A DNA stretch of 63,148 nucleotides, counting the filler, from Octopus bimaculoides (lineage: Eukaryota), in the NCBI RefSeq assembly GCF_001194135.2. It is 4 parts of 4 records of this genome, joined end to end, with 100 filler letters (N's around TTAATTAATTAA, not from the genome) between each part and the next. Parts side by side here need not be neighbours in the genome. Positions count along the whole stretch, not along the records: positions 28,377 to 34,567 come from NC_068987.1; positions 34,668 to 40,454 come from NW_026415696.1; positions 40,555 to 63,148 come from NC_068988.1; 1 more part is not named here. One strand, given 5' to 3'. Numbering within the stretch: position 1 is the first letter of the stretch; every line of letters starts with the position of its first letter. Below are positions 29,047-41,641 of the stretch, piece after piece. The position numbers were made by a program, and so were the translations under genes. The notes under the pieces were generated by a model, which was not told the origin of the DNA, ran no database searches, and was given only the letters and a program-made list of their open reading frames with translations.

Positions 29047-29777
29047 NNNNNNNNNNNNNNNNNNNNNNNNNNNNNNNNNNNNNNNNNNNNNNNNNNNNNN
29101 NNNNNNNNNNNNNNNNNNNNNNNNNNNNNNNNNNNNNNNNNNNNNNNNNNNNNNNNNNNNNNNNNNNNNNNNNNNNNNNNNNNNNNNNNNNNNNNNNNNN
29201 NNNNNNNNNNNNNNNNNNNNNNNNNNNNNNNNNNNNNNNNNNNNNNNNNNNNNNNNNNNNNNNNNNNNNNNNNNNNNNNNNNNNNNNNNNNNNNNNNNNN
29301 NNNNNNNNNNNNNNNNNNNNNNNNNNNNNNNNNNNNNNNNNNNNNNNNNNNNNNNNNNNNNNNNNNNNNNNNNNNNNNNNNNNNNNNNNNNNNNNNNNNN
29401 NNNNNNNNNNNNNNNNNNNNNNNNNNNNNTATACATGTATATTCACATACACTAACACATACATCACCATATAACAACCTTATACACACACATGTATGAT
29501 GGAAAACAGATATTAAATGATACAGAGACACATTATTATATGTATGTATGCATATGTGTATAAATATATATATGTGTGTGTGTGTGTATGTGTGTGTGTA
29601 TGTGTGTGTGTATGTGTGTGTGTATGTGTGTGTGTGTGTGTATGTGTGTGTGTGTATGTGTGTGTGTATGTGTGTGTGTGTGTATGTGTGTGTATGTGTG
29701 TGTATATATGTGTGTGTGTGTATGTATGTTTGCATATATGTATGCACAGACACGCATATATGTTTGTGTATCTGAGA

Positions 29778-30693
29778 GCACAGCTACTAGAATAAGAATA
29801 AGTTGGGCAAAGTTCAGAGATCTCCTACCTTTATTGGTAACAAAAGGCCCTCCCCATTAGAGTGAAATGCAGATTGTATGATGCCTGTGTGTGGACAGCC
29901 ATGCTACATGGCGGTGAAACATGGGCTGTGACTGCTGAGGACATGTGTAGATTTGAAAGAAACAAATCCAGTATGATTCGCTGGATGTGCAACATTAGTG
30001 TGTATGTTAGACAGAGTGTAAACGTCTTGAGAGAAAAGTTGGGCATAAGAGAGGCATCAGATGTGGTGAGTAAGAAGTATGACTGCATAGGTATGGACGT
30101 GTGATGTGTATGGAACATAGACAGCTGTATAGAGAAGAGCTGATCTCTACTAGTGGAAGGAAGCTGTAGAATTTGAAGACCTAGGAAGACATGGGATGAG
30201 GTGGTGATGCATGATCCTTGATAATTGGGTTTCACAGAAGCAATGACTAGTGACTGAGACCTTCGGCGATGTGCTGTGCTTGAGAAGACTGATCAAGCCA
30301 AGTGGAATCATAGTTGTGGCCGTTGTTGGTGTCATGTAACTGGTACTCATGCTAGTGGCATGTAAAAGGCACCTTTCAAATGCTGGGTCTTACGGAGGCA
30401 ATGACAAATGACCGAGACCTATGGTATTATGCTGTGCTTGAGAAGAAGAGCCATCAAGCTGAGTGAAATCATTGTTGTGGTAGATACTGGTATCATGCAA
30501 CCAGCACCCATGCCAGTGGCACATAAAAGCAGCCATTACACTCTTGGAGTGGTTGGCATTAGGGAAGGCATGCAACTGTAGAAACCATGCTAAGTCAGAC
30601 TGGAGTCTGGTACAGCCCCTCAGCTTAACAGCCCTGGTCAAACCGTCCAACCCATACCAGCAAGGACAACGGACGTTAAGTGATGATGATGAT
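29778..30693 (+). mobile_element. RTE-clade LINE 3' end with 3'UTR and (GAT)n tail
   Basis: RIRISWAKFRDLLPLL...RLYDACVWTAMLHGGETWAV...MIRWMCNIS; ends ggacgttaagtgatgatgatgat. Confidence 0.85.
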
Positions 30694-30704
30694 ATATATG
30701 TATG

Positions 30705-30845
30705 GGGCAGCGAGCTGGCAGAATTATTAGCTCACTGGGTGAAATACTTAGCGGTATTTTGTCTGCTGTTACGTTCTGAGTTCAAATTCTGCCAAGGTCA
30801 ACTTTGACTTTCATCCTTTTGGGGTCGATTAAATAAGTATCATGA
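30705..30845 (+). mobile_element. Truncated SINE (ggcggcgagctggcagaa family)
   Basis: Head and body match the 13631 copy. Confidence 0.8.
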
Positions 30846-30992
30846 GACTTAAACTCACATCTCTGTGATTATCAGTCAAGTGACACTAGCTTAAAAGCCA
30901 CACTCTGCATGGACTTTTAAGTTAACTCCTGCAGAAGGTGAATTGGGCCTGCAGCCCAAAACTAAAGAAAGGAATAATAATAAAGCATTTAT

Positions 30993-31053
30993 TGATACCC
31001 TACCAATATGGTATTACCCTACCAATATGGTATTACCCAACCAATATGGTATT
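30993..31053. repeat. 19-bp tandem repeat, 3 copies
   Basis: taccctaccaatatggtat x3. Confidence 0.85.
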
Positions 31054-31393
31054 ACTTTACATTCAGTTTAAATGAAAAACTAGTAAGTTCACAAATTTTT
31101 GGAATTCTTTAAAAATTTGGATTTTCAACTGTTAGCATTTAACAAATCTGCATCCAGACCTGATCCCAATGCTGAATGTTCAAGAGCCAAATGAAGGGCA
31201 GATTTTCAATCCTGGGATCATCTTGATTCCAAAAAAGGTATAATATGTCTTATGTAGAGCAAGTGTAGACTGAGATACAGGGGTCCCAGACAGACAGATG
31301 GAATTTCGCATTTATTATTATATGCGAAAACCCGACAAATAAAGTGAGTTCACGGCTGTATCCTACACCAGTTTCGCATAACCCATTCAAAAG

Positions 31394-31907
31394 TATCTTG
31401 GATCGTAGGACGACCTGCTGTGCTTATCTTGGATCGTAGGGCAACCTGCTGTGATTGAGAAGACCTATTGAGTCAAGTACATCAACATCAAAATAAAATT
31501 CAAATGGAAATTGTAGTTGTAATACCCATGCCGTTGGCACGTAAAAAGCACCAACTGAAAGTGGCCGATGCCAGTGATGCCTTGATTGGCTTCTGTGTTG
31601 GTGGCACGTAAAAAGCACCAAATGATTGTGGCCACTACCAGCCTCCTCTGGCCCCTGTGCCGGTGGCACATAAAAAGCACCAACCGATCGTGGCCGCTAC
31701 TAGCCACCTCTAGCCCTTGTGCCAATGGCACGTTAAAAGCACCCACTACACTCACAGAGTGGTTGGCGTTAGGAAGGGCGTCCAGATGTAGAAACACTGC
31801 CAGATCAGACTGGAGCCTGGTGCAGCCTCCTGGCTTCCCAGGCCCCGGTCGAACCGTCCAACCCATGCTAGCATGGAAAACAAACATTAAACGATGACGA
31901 TGATGAT
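31394..31907 (+). mobile_element. RTE-type 3'UTR copy with internal ~62-66-bp tandem units
   Basis: Same terminal segment as 30540-30693; four ggcac.t.aaaagcacc cores at 31536-31743. Confidence 0.75.
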
Positions 31908-33328
31908 ATATATAAAACTGATTCTTTGTTTTCCTACACTACTATAGGTGTGTCACACTTTCAGTATACTTTCAGCATACAATAGGTATATCATACTTTC
32001 AGAGAGATTGGATAGATTGGATAGATAGATAGAGATATTGGATATAGTTAGATATATTATACCTAACAAAAATGTGATGTTCATATTGTCACAGCTAGAT
32101 CGCATTTGACCATAGCTCTGCCTAATATTTAGCTGTTTCTAGGCTGATACTTTTGATCCTCCACTGCCTTCCCAGCTCATTTCTGTTCTTTCAACTTCTC
32201 ATATATATAAGTTAATGATGCATACCTAATAGATCATAGACAACTTATATTACATGTACCATTGCAGATCTCCATTATATGTCCATGTGACATTACTATG
32301 CTTATATGCATTTTATTCTGGCAGTTACACAGATGACAAAAAATTTTTTGCTGTTAGCTGAAATGATAACTTCCAGCTAAGTGGTCTGTTGAATAAGGTA
32401 CCGAACTACCAATTCTTGGAATGCATATTCAAATCTACTGTAAGAATTTAGCTCTTTCTGAGCAGGGGCACAAAATTTTATGTTCCAGTTCAGTTATAGG
32501 ATTTTGTTGGAAAATGTCAAATCTGTAGGACTGATCACTCTTATTAGTAGTGACTTGTGACAATGAAAAATCAGTCAACTTTATACAAGTAGATATTCAC
32601 ACACACACATACACACACATTTGTAGACACACATACACATTTATTGGCATACTAATGACATGTTCTTAATTAGTAATTAATTTCTAAAATTTACAAATAT
32701 TGCCTCAGAAAGGACCCAACATGTGATACAGAGTCAAAAATACATTTATTTAAAATGAAACAATTGACATTGAATTGGAAGTTTTGCTTCAAATGGGTTG
32801 TAAAGCAGTATTATGAGAAATGAAATGTGTATTAGAAAAAAGAGGCGACACTGGTAAAACGATAGCTATCTTGTGAACCTTATTAGCTGTTTCTCCTATA
32901 TGATGGAGTGAATTCATAATTCAGTGTCTGATCAGCATTCTATAGCACCAGCAGAGCCTCAAATATGAAGTGCATTTTATTTGGAAAAAATGGAATTACA
33001 TTTGTGCAATATAGAGAGAAGGCATAACCAGGGAGAAAGTCATACTCTTTTTCCTGTGTCATTTTTTTTTCTTGTTATGCTCTATACTCACTTACCTCTT
33101 CATTCTGAAACATACATATATTGAGTTCTACACTAGGTTATTAGTCTTCCAATGCCTGCCTATATACACACATCCATCCATACATACATACATATACACA
33201 CACACACACATGCATATATATATATATATATATATANNNNNNNNNNNNNNNNNNNNNNNNNNNNNNNNNNNNNNNNNNNNNNNNNNNNNNNNNNNNTTTA
33301 TATATATATATATGTATGTATGTATATA

Positions 33329-33372
<44 letters not shown>

Positions 33373-33720
33373 CGGTCATAGGATCACAGTTTCGATTCGC
33401 AGACCAGGCGTTGTGAGTGTTTATTGAACGAAAACACCTAAAGCTCCACGAGGCTCCAGCAGAGGATGGTGACGAACCCTGCTGTACTCTTTCATTACAA
33501 CTTTCTCTCACTCTTACTTCCTGTTTCTGTTGTGCCTGTAGTTCAAAGGGTCAGCCTTGTCACACTGTGTCACGCTGAAGATCCCCGAGAACTACGTTAA
33601 GGGTACACGTGTCTTGTGGAGTGCTCAGCCACTTGCACGTTAATTTCACGAGCAGGCTGTTCCGTTGATTGGATCAACTGGAACCCTCGACGTCGTAAGC
33701 GACGGAGTGCCAACAACAAA
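33373..33720 (+). mobile_element. tRNA-derived SINE, third family
   Basis: B-box-like gtttcgattc, (CAA)n end; near-identical to 40555-40903. Confidence 0.8.
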
Positions 33721-33825
33721 AACAAATGCATATATATACATATGCATAAATATACACATATATATAGACACATATATATATAGATATATGTATACATATA
33801 TACATGCATATATACACATATATAT

Positions 33826-34430
33826 ACAATTAAAAGGGTAAAGGTTTATCAATTTATTAATTTATTAATAAATTAACAATTAATAATTTTACCAAGCCCT
33901 TCGGTATGTAAACACCATTGTCGGTGGAGAACTTATTTAAAAGTTCTTATACATTTATAAACATAATTAAGGGATCAGCAAACAGTTGCTTCACCACATA
34001 CCGAAGTTCAGAAATAGCAGCTAAAAAGCTGAGACTCCAACAGATAGCATTACTTGTAACACACAAAGGCAAAACAAGAAGAAAAAACAATGAAAACTAA
34101 CCAGTCGAAGTTAATCATAGACGCGTTTCTGGATTAGGAGCGATAACACTCCATTTCCTTCATCGGTATGATATTTTAGTTGTAAATTCGACGGTGCTAG
34201 CAAATTGTGTATGCATGAACGAGTGAACATCATGTATCGGCACAACCTGAAACCACATCCGAACCTACATAGGCCAGCCAGTCCACTATTCCTCCTCAAG
34301 AAATTACCATGTGCTTCACAAGCAATACCGCAGAAAATTTGCGGTTTACTATCAGGGAGTGAATAATTATTACAATTAAAAGGGTAAAGGTTTATCAATT
34401 TATTAATAAATTAAAAATTAATAATTTTTA
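33826..34430 (-). mobile_element. Penelope pLTR-like segment with ~60-bp terminal direct repeat
   Basis: tacaattaaaagggtaaaggtttatcaatttatt at both ends; carries a hammerhead motif; a PLE endonuclease C-terminus lies just upstream on the same strand. Confidence 0.55.
34116..34170 (-). ncRNA. Type I hammerhead ribozyme-like motif (CCGAUGA core)
   Basis: CAUA-CCGAUGA-A-GGA.GGAGUG/CGCUCC.UCC-A-GAAAC-GC-GUC-UAUG; stem I CAUA/UAUG, palindromic stem III; A.A at stem II base is non-canonical. Confidence 0.5.
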
Positions 34431-34799
34431 CACATATATATAGATATATATGTATATATATATATACACATGCATACATACTTATATATATATATATGAA
34501 TATACATATGTACATATGGAGATATATATACATTTATGTATATATATATATATATATATATATGCATNNNNNNNNNNNNNNNNNNNNNNNNNNNNNNNNN
34601 NNNNNNNNNNNTTAATTAATTAANNNNNNNNNNNNNNNNNNNNNNNNNNNNNNNNNNNNNNNNNNNNACGATGATGGAGAAAGGAGAAGGTGGGTAGGAG
34701 TGAAGAGAACAGAGAAGGCGAGTAGGAGTGAAGAGAAGAAGTAGGAGTCGGAGTAAGACAGGAGAGGTAGCTGGGAGGAAGTAGGTGTGAGGGGGAGGA

Positions 34800-34945
34800 G
34801 GTAGATGAAGAGGGAAGGAGAGTTGAATCCATGTGGCGCAAAGGAGCGAAGGGAGAAGATTAATCCCTGTTCACGGCGCAGACAGGAGTCCGGATGGCCC
34901 CTGTACAAGTACAATCCGAACAGGGACAAGTGTTGCAAAGAGTGA
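34800..34945 (-). mobile_element. Penelope GIY-YIG C-terminus fragment
   Basis: GLYLYRGHPDSCLRREQGLIFSLRSFAPHGFN matches the PLE RxxxEQxxIFxLxxxxPxGxN end. Confidence 0.65.
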
Positions 34946-37789
34946 CCGGTAGAGCGGAAATGTCGCTCTACCGGTCATAATACCATGCTATTATAACTGG
35001 ATTCCTAAAAATAGTGCGGAAACATCTCAACGAATTTGTTCCTGGTAAGCCTCAACGTAATCGGTATGATTAAGCAATACAGAATTGATTACCTTCAGAC
35101 TGTGAAAGCTTACACGAATGTTTGAAAGGACCGCCATCCAAACTTCATCCTTACCTATGACATCATGAAAGATACGACCTATCTAAAGTATGCCATTTAA
35201 AAAAAAAACTCTTATGTTACCATGTTTCTTCTTAAACACACTGTCTTTGATTCAGTTAACTTTTAAAATAATGAAGAATTTGTTTAAATAACATTATCGT
35301 TGATGCAAACTTCTCGCGCAGCTTCCACGTGAAGGTAATATATGAGCCTTGCCCAATCAAATAGTACCTTAACTAATAGAGTTCTGAGCCACATTCCTAC
35401 TTTAAAAACAAACTTTTTATAACAACTAACAGTTATACCCAGTGTTGCTCGGGATTTAAATGCATAGTTTGTACATATGGTACAGTTAAGTGGAAACATG
35501 CCATACAGGGAAGTGCATCATTGACGACAAAACATTTGTGCAGTAAATGAAGGGCTAATTCTTCTACGTGACATGTCACGCGTGTGTTTGGAAGATTCCA
35601 GGCCCTAACCTTGTTATAGAAAAGTTGGTGGTGGGGTATGTGATTTTGAACGCATCAAAATTCTCTCAGTGTATATACTTACCTTTGCGGCTGTCGGCAT
35701 TGCCGCTACTACGTTGAATTGTTAACTGACAACTGACATAGGATATACATTTATGTGATAGATTAAGCCTGTGGATGCGCTCAACCGCACCCCATGAGAG
35801 AAATCTACATGAAAGAAATGTCGTAGTAAGGCGTGGAGATTGGTAAGGAAGCGCTTGAAAACAATACTGTCATGCGATATTTCGGTTTGGTATCATTAGT
35901 CGTGACTTAAACATGCACTCTTCCGCGTAAACAACTTAACTCCGAAACAGAAACAATTTTGCATGCAACGTCTGGGTACGAAAGGTCACATAAACAACAC
36001 GATCTCTAACTAACGTGGTTGGAAATTAGACACCATAAGTTAGCAGGTTAATGTAAATGCGATAGTTCGGTTTGAAATCAATAGCTGAAAGATATTTGTA
36101 TGGGCTTCGTCTATGCTTAGAAAGATGACTTTGATACTGAAGCTAAAAGAAAATAGCTGAATAGTTGCTCAGGAGTTAACGTATTTTATCATATTTTTCA
36201 TAATAAATATAGTGCGTTTTAAACGGTTTTTATTCCAACAAATTGCTACATACGATACTACGGGAACAGGATATTTTTGCTACCACTTAGACAATGCAGT
36301 CTGAAGTTTACATCGGCTCATCCACATTTAATACAGCCTATTTATATCATTTCAGTAGCTGTTTTTTCTAGTTCTAAGTGAAGCAACGCGTGGACCATGC
36401 GGACAGTCGTACGTACTCTATGAAGGGGTTTTCTGAAAAAAATTAGGAATCTAAAACTATCTCTGGAACATAAGTAATCTATGTTCCCAGGTTCGAGAAA
36501 ATCAGTTGCGCACCTCAGATGTTCTGCTGGTTTACACACACACACACACACACACGCTAACAAACGGACGCACACACACACACACACATACACACACACG
36601 CTAACAAACGGACGCACACACACACACACATACACACATGCACACACGCTAACAGAAGGACGCACACACACACATCCTCTACTTTATATATAAATATAGA
36701 TGGTCAGAGTATAAACAATCGAAAAAGACTTACACTCTACACATTTGAAGCTCTATCGTGAAACCGGTCAACATCCGGTATTCCCATACTTAAAATATAA
36801 TAAAATCCTAATTAATTCCAATTTATTNNNNNNNNNNNNNNNNNNNNNNNNNNNNNNNNNNNNNNNNNNNNNNNNNNNNNNNNNNNNNNNNNNNNNNNNN
36901 NNNNNNNNNNNNNNNNNNNNNNNNNNNNNNNNNNNNNNNNNNNNNNNNNNNNNNNNNNNNNNNNNNNNNNNNNNNNNNNNNNNNNNNNNNNNNNNNNNNN
37001 NNNNNNNNNNNNNNNNNNNNNNNNNNNNNNNNNNNNNNNNNNNNNNNNNNNNNNNNNNNNNNNNNNNNNNNNNNNNNNNNNNNNNNNNNNNNNNNNNNNN
37101 NNNNNNNNNNNNNNNNNNNNNNNNNNNNNNNNNNNNNNNNNNNNNNNNNNNNNNNNNNNNNNNNNNNNNNNNNNNNNNNNNNNNNNNNNNNNNNNNNNNN
37201 NNNNNNNNNNNNNNNNNNNNNNNNNNNNNNNNNNNNNNNNNNNNNNNNNNNNNNNNNNNNNNNNNNNNNNNNNNNNNNNNNNNNNNNNNNNNNNNNNNNN
37301 NNNNNNNNNNNNNNNNNNNNNNNNNNNNNNNNNNNNNNNNNNNNNNNNNNNNNNNNNNNNNNNNNNNNNNNNNNNNNNNNNNNNNNNNNNNNNNNNNNNN
37401 NNNNNNNNNNNNNNNNNNNNNNNNNNNNNNNNNNNNNNNNNNNNNNNNNNNNNNNNNNNNNNNNNNNNNNNNNNNNNNNNNNNNNNNNNNNNNNNNNNNN
37501 NNNNNNNNNNNNNNNNNNNNNNNNNNNNNNNNNNNNNNNNNNNNNNNNNNNNNNNNNNNNNNNNNNNNNNNNNNNNNNNNNNNNNNNNNNNNNNNNNNNN
37601 NNNNNNNNNNNNNNNNNNNNNNNNNNNNNNNNNNNNNNNNNNNNNNNNNNNNNNNNNNNNNNNNNNNNNNNNNNNNNNNNNNNNTATATATATATATATG
37701 GGAGAATATACAAAAAATAACAACAGACGAGGACAGGTGGTGTAAATAACAAAAGTATATATTAGTATGACGCTCGGGAATACGGAAAG

Positions 37790-37826
37790 TCTTTGACGTT
37801 TCGAGCTACGCTCTTCAACAGAAAGA
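37790..37826 (-). ncRNA. Minimal type I hammerhead-like motif (CUGUUGA core)
   Basis: UCUUU-CUGUUGA-A-GAGC-GUA-GCUC-GAAAC-GUC-AAAGA: perfect 5-bp stem I, 4-bp stem II, GUC site. Confidence 0.6.
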
Positions 37827-38149
37827 ATACGGAGACAAGGAGAAAAACACGGAGAAAAAAAATTGAATAGTGTTCAGTCAACGGTCAATCATATATATAT
37901 ATATCACACTCAGCAAAAGGATATCCAGAGGTGATGCAGTACGATCGTTTAAAGCGACTCCATTGAATTGAACAATGCAATCATTACACCAATTGAAATT
38001 CAGAGTTCTCCTCAGTTGCATAAATAAATAGAATTAATTTAATCAGTCGGGTACATTTGTATAATTTTGCATAATCCTCTAAGAGGGTAAGAAGACAGAC
38101 AAAGTCCATGCTGTATTTACTTCAACTTAGAAGCTACTAAGACATCAGG

Positions 38150-39200
38150 AAAAAACTTGTTAGAGATCTAGCTTGTCACTGATTTTGAGGTCGGTTTTAA
38201 TCTATAGTCTTGTTTATCAAATCTTTATATATCAATATCTAAGACCAAAGAGCATAGTCTATTAGGAAAGGCCTGAGGGAGTTGACAGAATCATAGTGGG
38301 TATAGTTATAAAGCTTGTCAAGATTAATTTGAAGTAGTATAAAGTAACTGTCTATAATGAGGTTTCGTAAAGGAAGATCTTAAATCAAGATGTTTGTGAC
38401 CAGTTAAAGGAGCAAGACTCTAATAACGCCAATGATGATAATATAGGGGAACTTTTCTCATGAGATACTATAGTTGAATGACTGAAACGATATTCTTATA
38501 TTTTATAAAAATAAAATTTAGGATTATCAAGAAAAATATTAAGAATATTATAACCAAAAGGATAAAATTTTAAATACTCTTGAGTATATACCAAAATCTA
38601 CAACAATAGGGGGAGAAAAAAATTTACATAGAATTAGTTTAATATTTATTCACATACTTAAATATTTACTTATTAGATGGTAACTATATATTAACTATAA
38701 TCTAAGAGGTATATTATAAGTTGTGAAACTACTGGTGCTGTTATGTATACGCTAATATAAATATCTAGGGGTACAAAAATTAGGTTTAATTTCATAAAGG
38801 CTATCCTAATAATGATATCATTAGGTAGGGTAGAACACCATAGCCATGATAAAGCATATATACCTTATTATCATCAATAGAAAAGGCATATAGAAATTGT
38901 TTAATAATTCAATCATTTACACCTAAATTTTTATTTATTAGGTGGTATCAATAAAGACTGATACTTGATACTAACTAGAGGAACACTGAGGCTATAGAAC
39001 ATATACCACATAGATTATAATTAATATATAGTCAGCATGTTCTATCGCCCCAGTACACCTTTATTAAATGCCAGTAAATGCCAGTGATCAATCTTCATAG
39101 ATATCACCTAATAAGTAAATATTTAGGTATATGAATAAATATAAGTACTTTGGGATAAACTGGCCAAATGATGGTATTCTAATTGGAACTTGAACAACAG
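38150..39200 (-). mobile_element. Possible very old LINE RT remnant
   Basis: Only loose matches (SVPLVS ~ GVPQGS; FSIDDNKVY ~ YADD); heavily decayed. Confidence 0.25.
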
Positions 39201-39506
39201 AATGATTACATTACAGAATTAATTCGCATCCGTCCTTAACCCCTTATCAAACACCACCGAGGCATATAGTCATTGTAGACGCATTACAGTTATGCTATCT
39301 GGCTCTTCTAAAGTTAGGGCTGCAGGCCCAATTAACTCTCAGCAGGAGGTAACCTAAAGGTCAGCACGTAGTGCGGCTTTTAAGCTAACACACACACATA
39401 CATATGTATATGTGTAAATGTACACTTTTATATATAATATATACATATTTATACATACATGTATATATCTATATGTACATATGTATATATATATATGTAT
39501 GTACAC

Positions 39507-39569
<63 letters not shown>

Positions 39570-39591
39570 NNNNNNNNNNNNNNNNNNNNNN

Positions 39592-39631
<40 letters not shown>

Positions 39632-40335
39632 TTAGGGAAAGGAACCAAGGTTCATGAACTCATCGATGAAAATCCACTGTCACATATAGAAAAATTAATA
39701 CGTAAAAGCACAATAAAAAAGTATAATATAATACAAAGTAAATATCATAAGATGAATATAATAAAACGACTACACGTGTTTCATAACCAATTTTCAAATA
39801 GAGAAAAAATTTAAATCGATTAAAATCGATTGAATCTATCGAAAATCAATTCTATTCAAACATATACCTAATCTTCAGGTCAAAATATAACAATAATAAT
39901 AATAAAAGAATGTATATATCAACCAACAATAAATAACAAGTGAATGTATATAAAATACGTATTATATTAAGATAGAAAGATATTATTAAAAATATCAAAA
40001 TAATAAACATTCCATAATCAACCCTACGTCCATTATCATATAAGCTAATATTCCTGTAAAGCAAATATCCGATGAAATAAACTACTGCCTGCAGGCCAAA
40101 TTTACCCAAAGCATTATACATGCAACACAGTACAAACACTAATGCAACAAGAGACATCGCCACAACTCATGGAAAAAGAAACTGACACACTACAATATAA
40201 GGATGGGTTTGCACGCTCTCAACAACTAAAAAGAAAAGGCAATGTTCCACACACCCCAGCAACACGGAGGTGTAGCAAGTGATGCAGTAGAAATTTGCCT
40301 GAAACTAACAAATGTTCAATAATAATAATAATAAC

Positions 40336-40392
<57 letters not shown>

Positions 40393-40438
40393 CCACCTCT
40401 GGCCATCGAAGGAGGCACGAAAATCCTAGTCTTCAATG

Positions 40439-40903
40439 TTGTGCGCGGCATAGTNNNNNNNNNNNNNNNNNNNNNNNNNNNNNNNNNNNNNNNNNNNNTT
40501 AATTAATTAANNNNNNNNNNNNNNNNNNNNNNNNNNNNNNNNNNNNNNNNNNNNGGCACCGGACTCGCGGTCACAGGATCGCTGTTTCGATTCCCAGACC
40601 GGGCGTTGTGTGTTTATTGAGCGAAAACACATAAAGCTCCACGAGGTTCTGGCAGGGGATGGTGGTGAACCCTGCTGTACTCTTCCACCACAACTTTCTC
40701 TCACTCTTACTTCCTGTTTCTCTTGTGCCTGTAATTCAAAGGGTCAGCCTTGTCACACTGTGTCATGCTAAATATCCCCGAGAACTACGTTAAGGCTACA
40801 CGTGTCTGTGGAGTGCTCAGTCACTTGCACGTTAATTTCACGAGCAGGCTGTTCCGTTGATCGGATCAACTGGAACCCTCGACGTCGTAAGCGACGGAGT
40901 GCC
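40439..40903 (+). mobile_element. tRNA-derived SINE, third family, split by an assembly gap
   Basis: Head tgtgcgcggcatagt before the gap, continues ggcaccggactcgcggtcacagg...gtttcgattccc; matches 33373-33720. Confidence 0.8.
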
Positions 40904-41283
40904 TTGAATATACACTCACATATATGTACATATACAAACATATTATATACTTTACAAAATTGTTGAATTTGTGTTGAACTTAGGAACGCGAAACAGCAGT
41001 TTCAAGGTTATGGTGGTGTGAAAGAATGCTTTGATTTCAATACATGTAAATCATCCAAAAGGAAGAACAAACAATATTTTATATCATTCATTATTTTTAT
41101 TCCTTATATTTTCTGCACAATGTTACTTTCAAAATTTAAGCAAATTATCTCTGATTAACGATAGGAAATTAACTAAAGTCTTACATGAAGAAAAGTGATT
41201 TACAACGTTTTATGTAATACGTTAAAAAGGGTTTCAAAATCGGCGTCAGCAGCATTATATACCCTACGTCAATAATAGCATCG

Positions 41284-41289
41284 TTTATT
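41284..41289 (-). other. Poly(A) signal AATAAA of gene B
   Basis: About 145 nt after the stop, at the position homologous to the gene A signal (agcatcgtttatta vs agcatcatttatta). Confidence 0.65.
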
Positions 41290-41432
41290 ATATTTTTTGA
41301 AATTAATAATCTATATAATGAATGTAATTATATTTATCATTGAATCATTGAGACAGGATCGAGCAAATTGTCATGTTACATTGTTAGATAATTCCATAAT
41401 CAGAATATACTTATATGTAGTTCGGATTTACT

Positions 41433-41641
41433 TCAGCATATGAAATTATGGAAAAAAGGCCAATGATGATGACAGCAATGTTCGTGGAAGGGGTGTGACG
41501 AGGTGTAAGGGATATATCCACAACAGGCATTATTAGACCAATGTCGTTTTGGAACGATATGACTGTTGCAACATATTTCCCAAAATTGGTTATGCGGTCC
41601 ACAATCAGGAGGTTGAGTCCAGCCATTGACAGAGGACATTG
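41433..41641 (-). CDS. Gene B exon 2: galaxin-like, His-rich mature peptide
   Basis: Acceptor ttttcctattttacag|, phase 1: (A)MSSVNGWTQPPDCGPHNQFWEICCNSHIVPKRHWSNNACCGYIPYTSSHPFHEHCCHHHWPFFHNFIC*; 8 Cys, three CC pairs, 10 His. Confidence 0.85.

Noticed and set aside
31536-31743. CRISPR-like array
   Set aside because: Linkers are related to each other, context is a eukaryotic retroposon UTR, no cas genes.
36370-36430. Helitron HGQLYVALSR-like nucleotides
   Set aside because: Needs several indels; opposite strand fits a mariner N-terminus (EKTATEMI) equally poorly.
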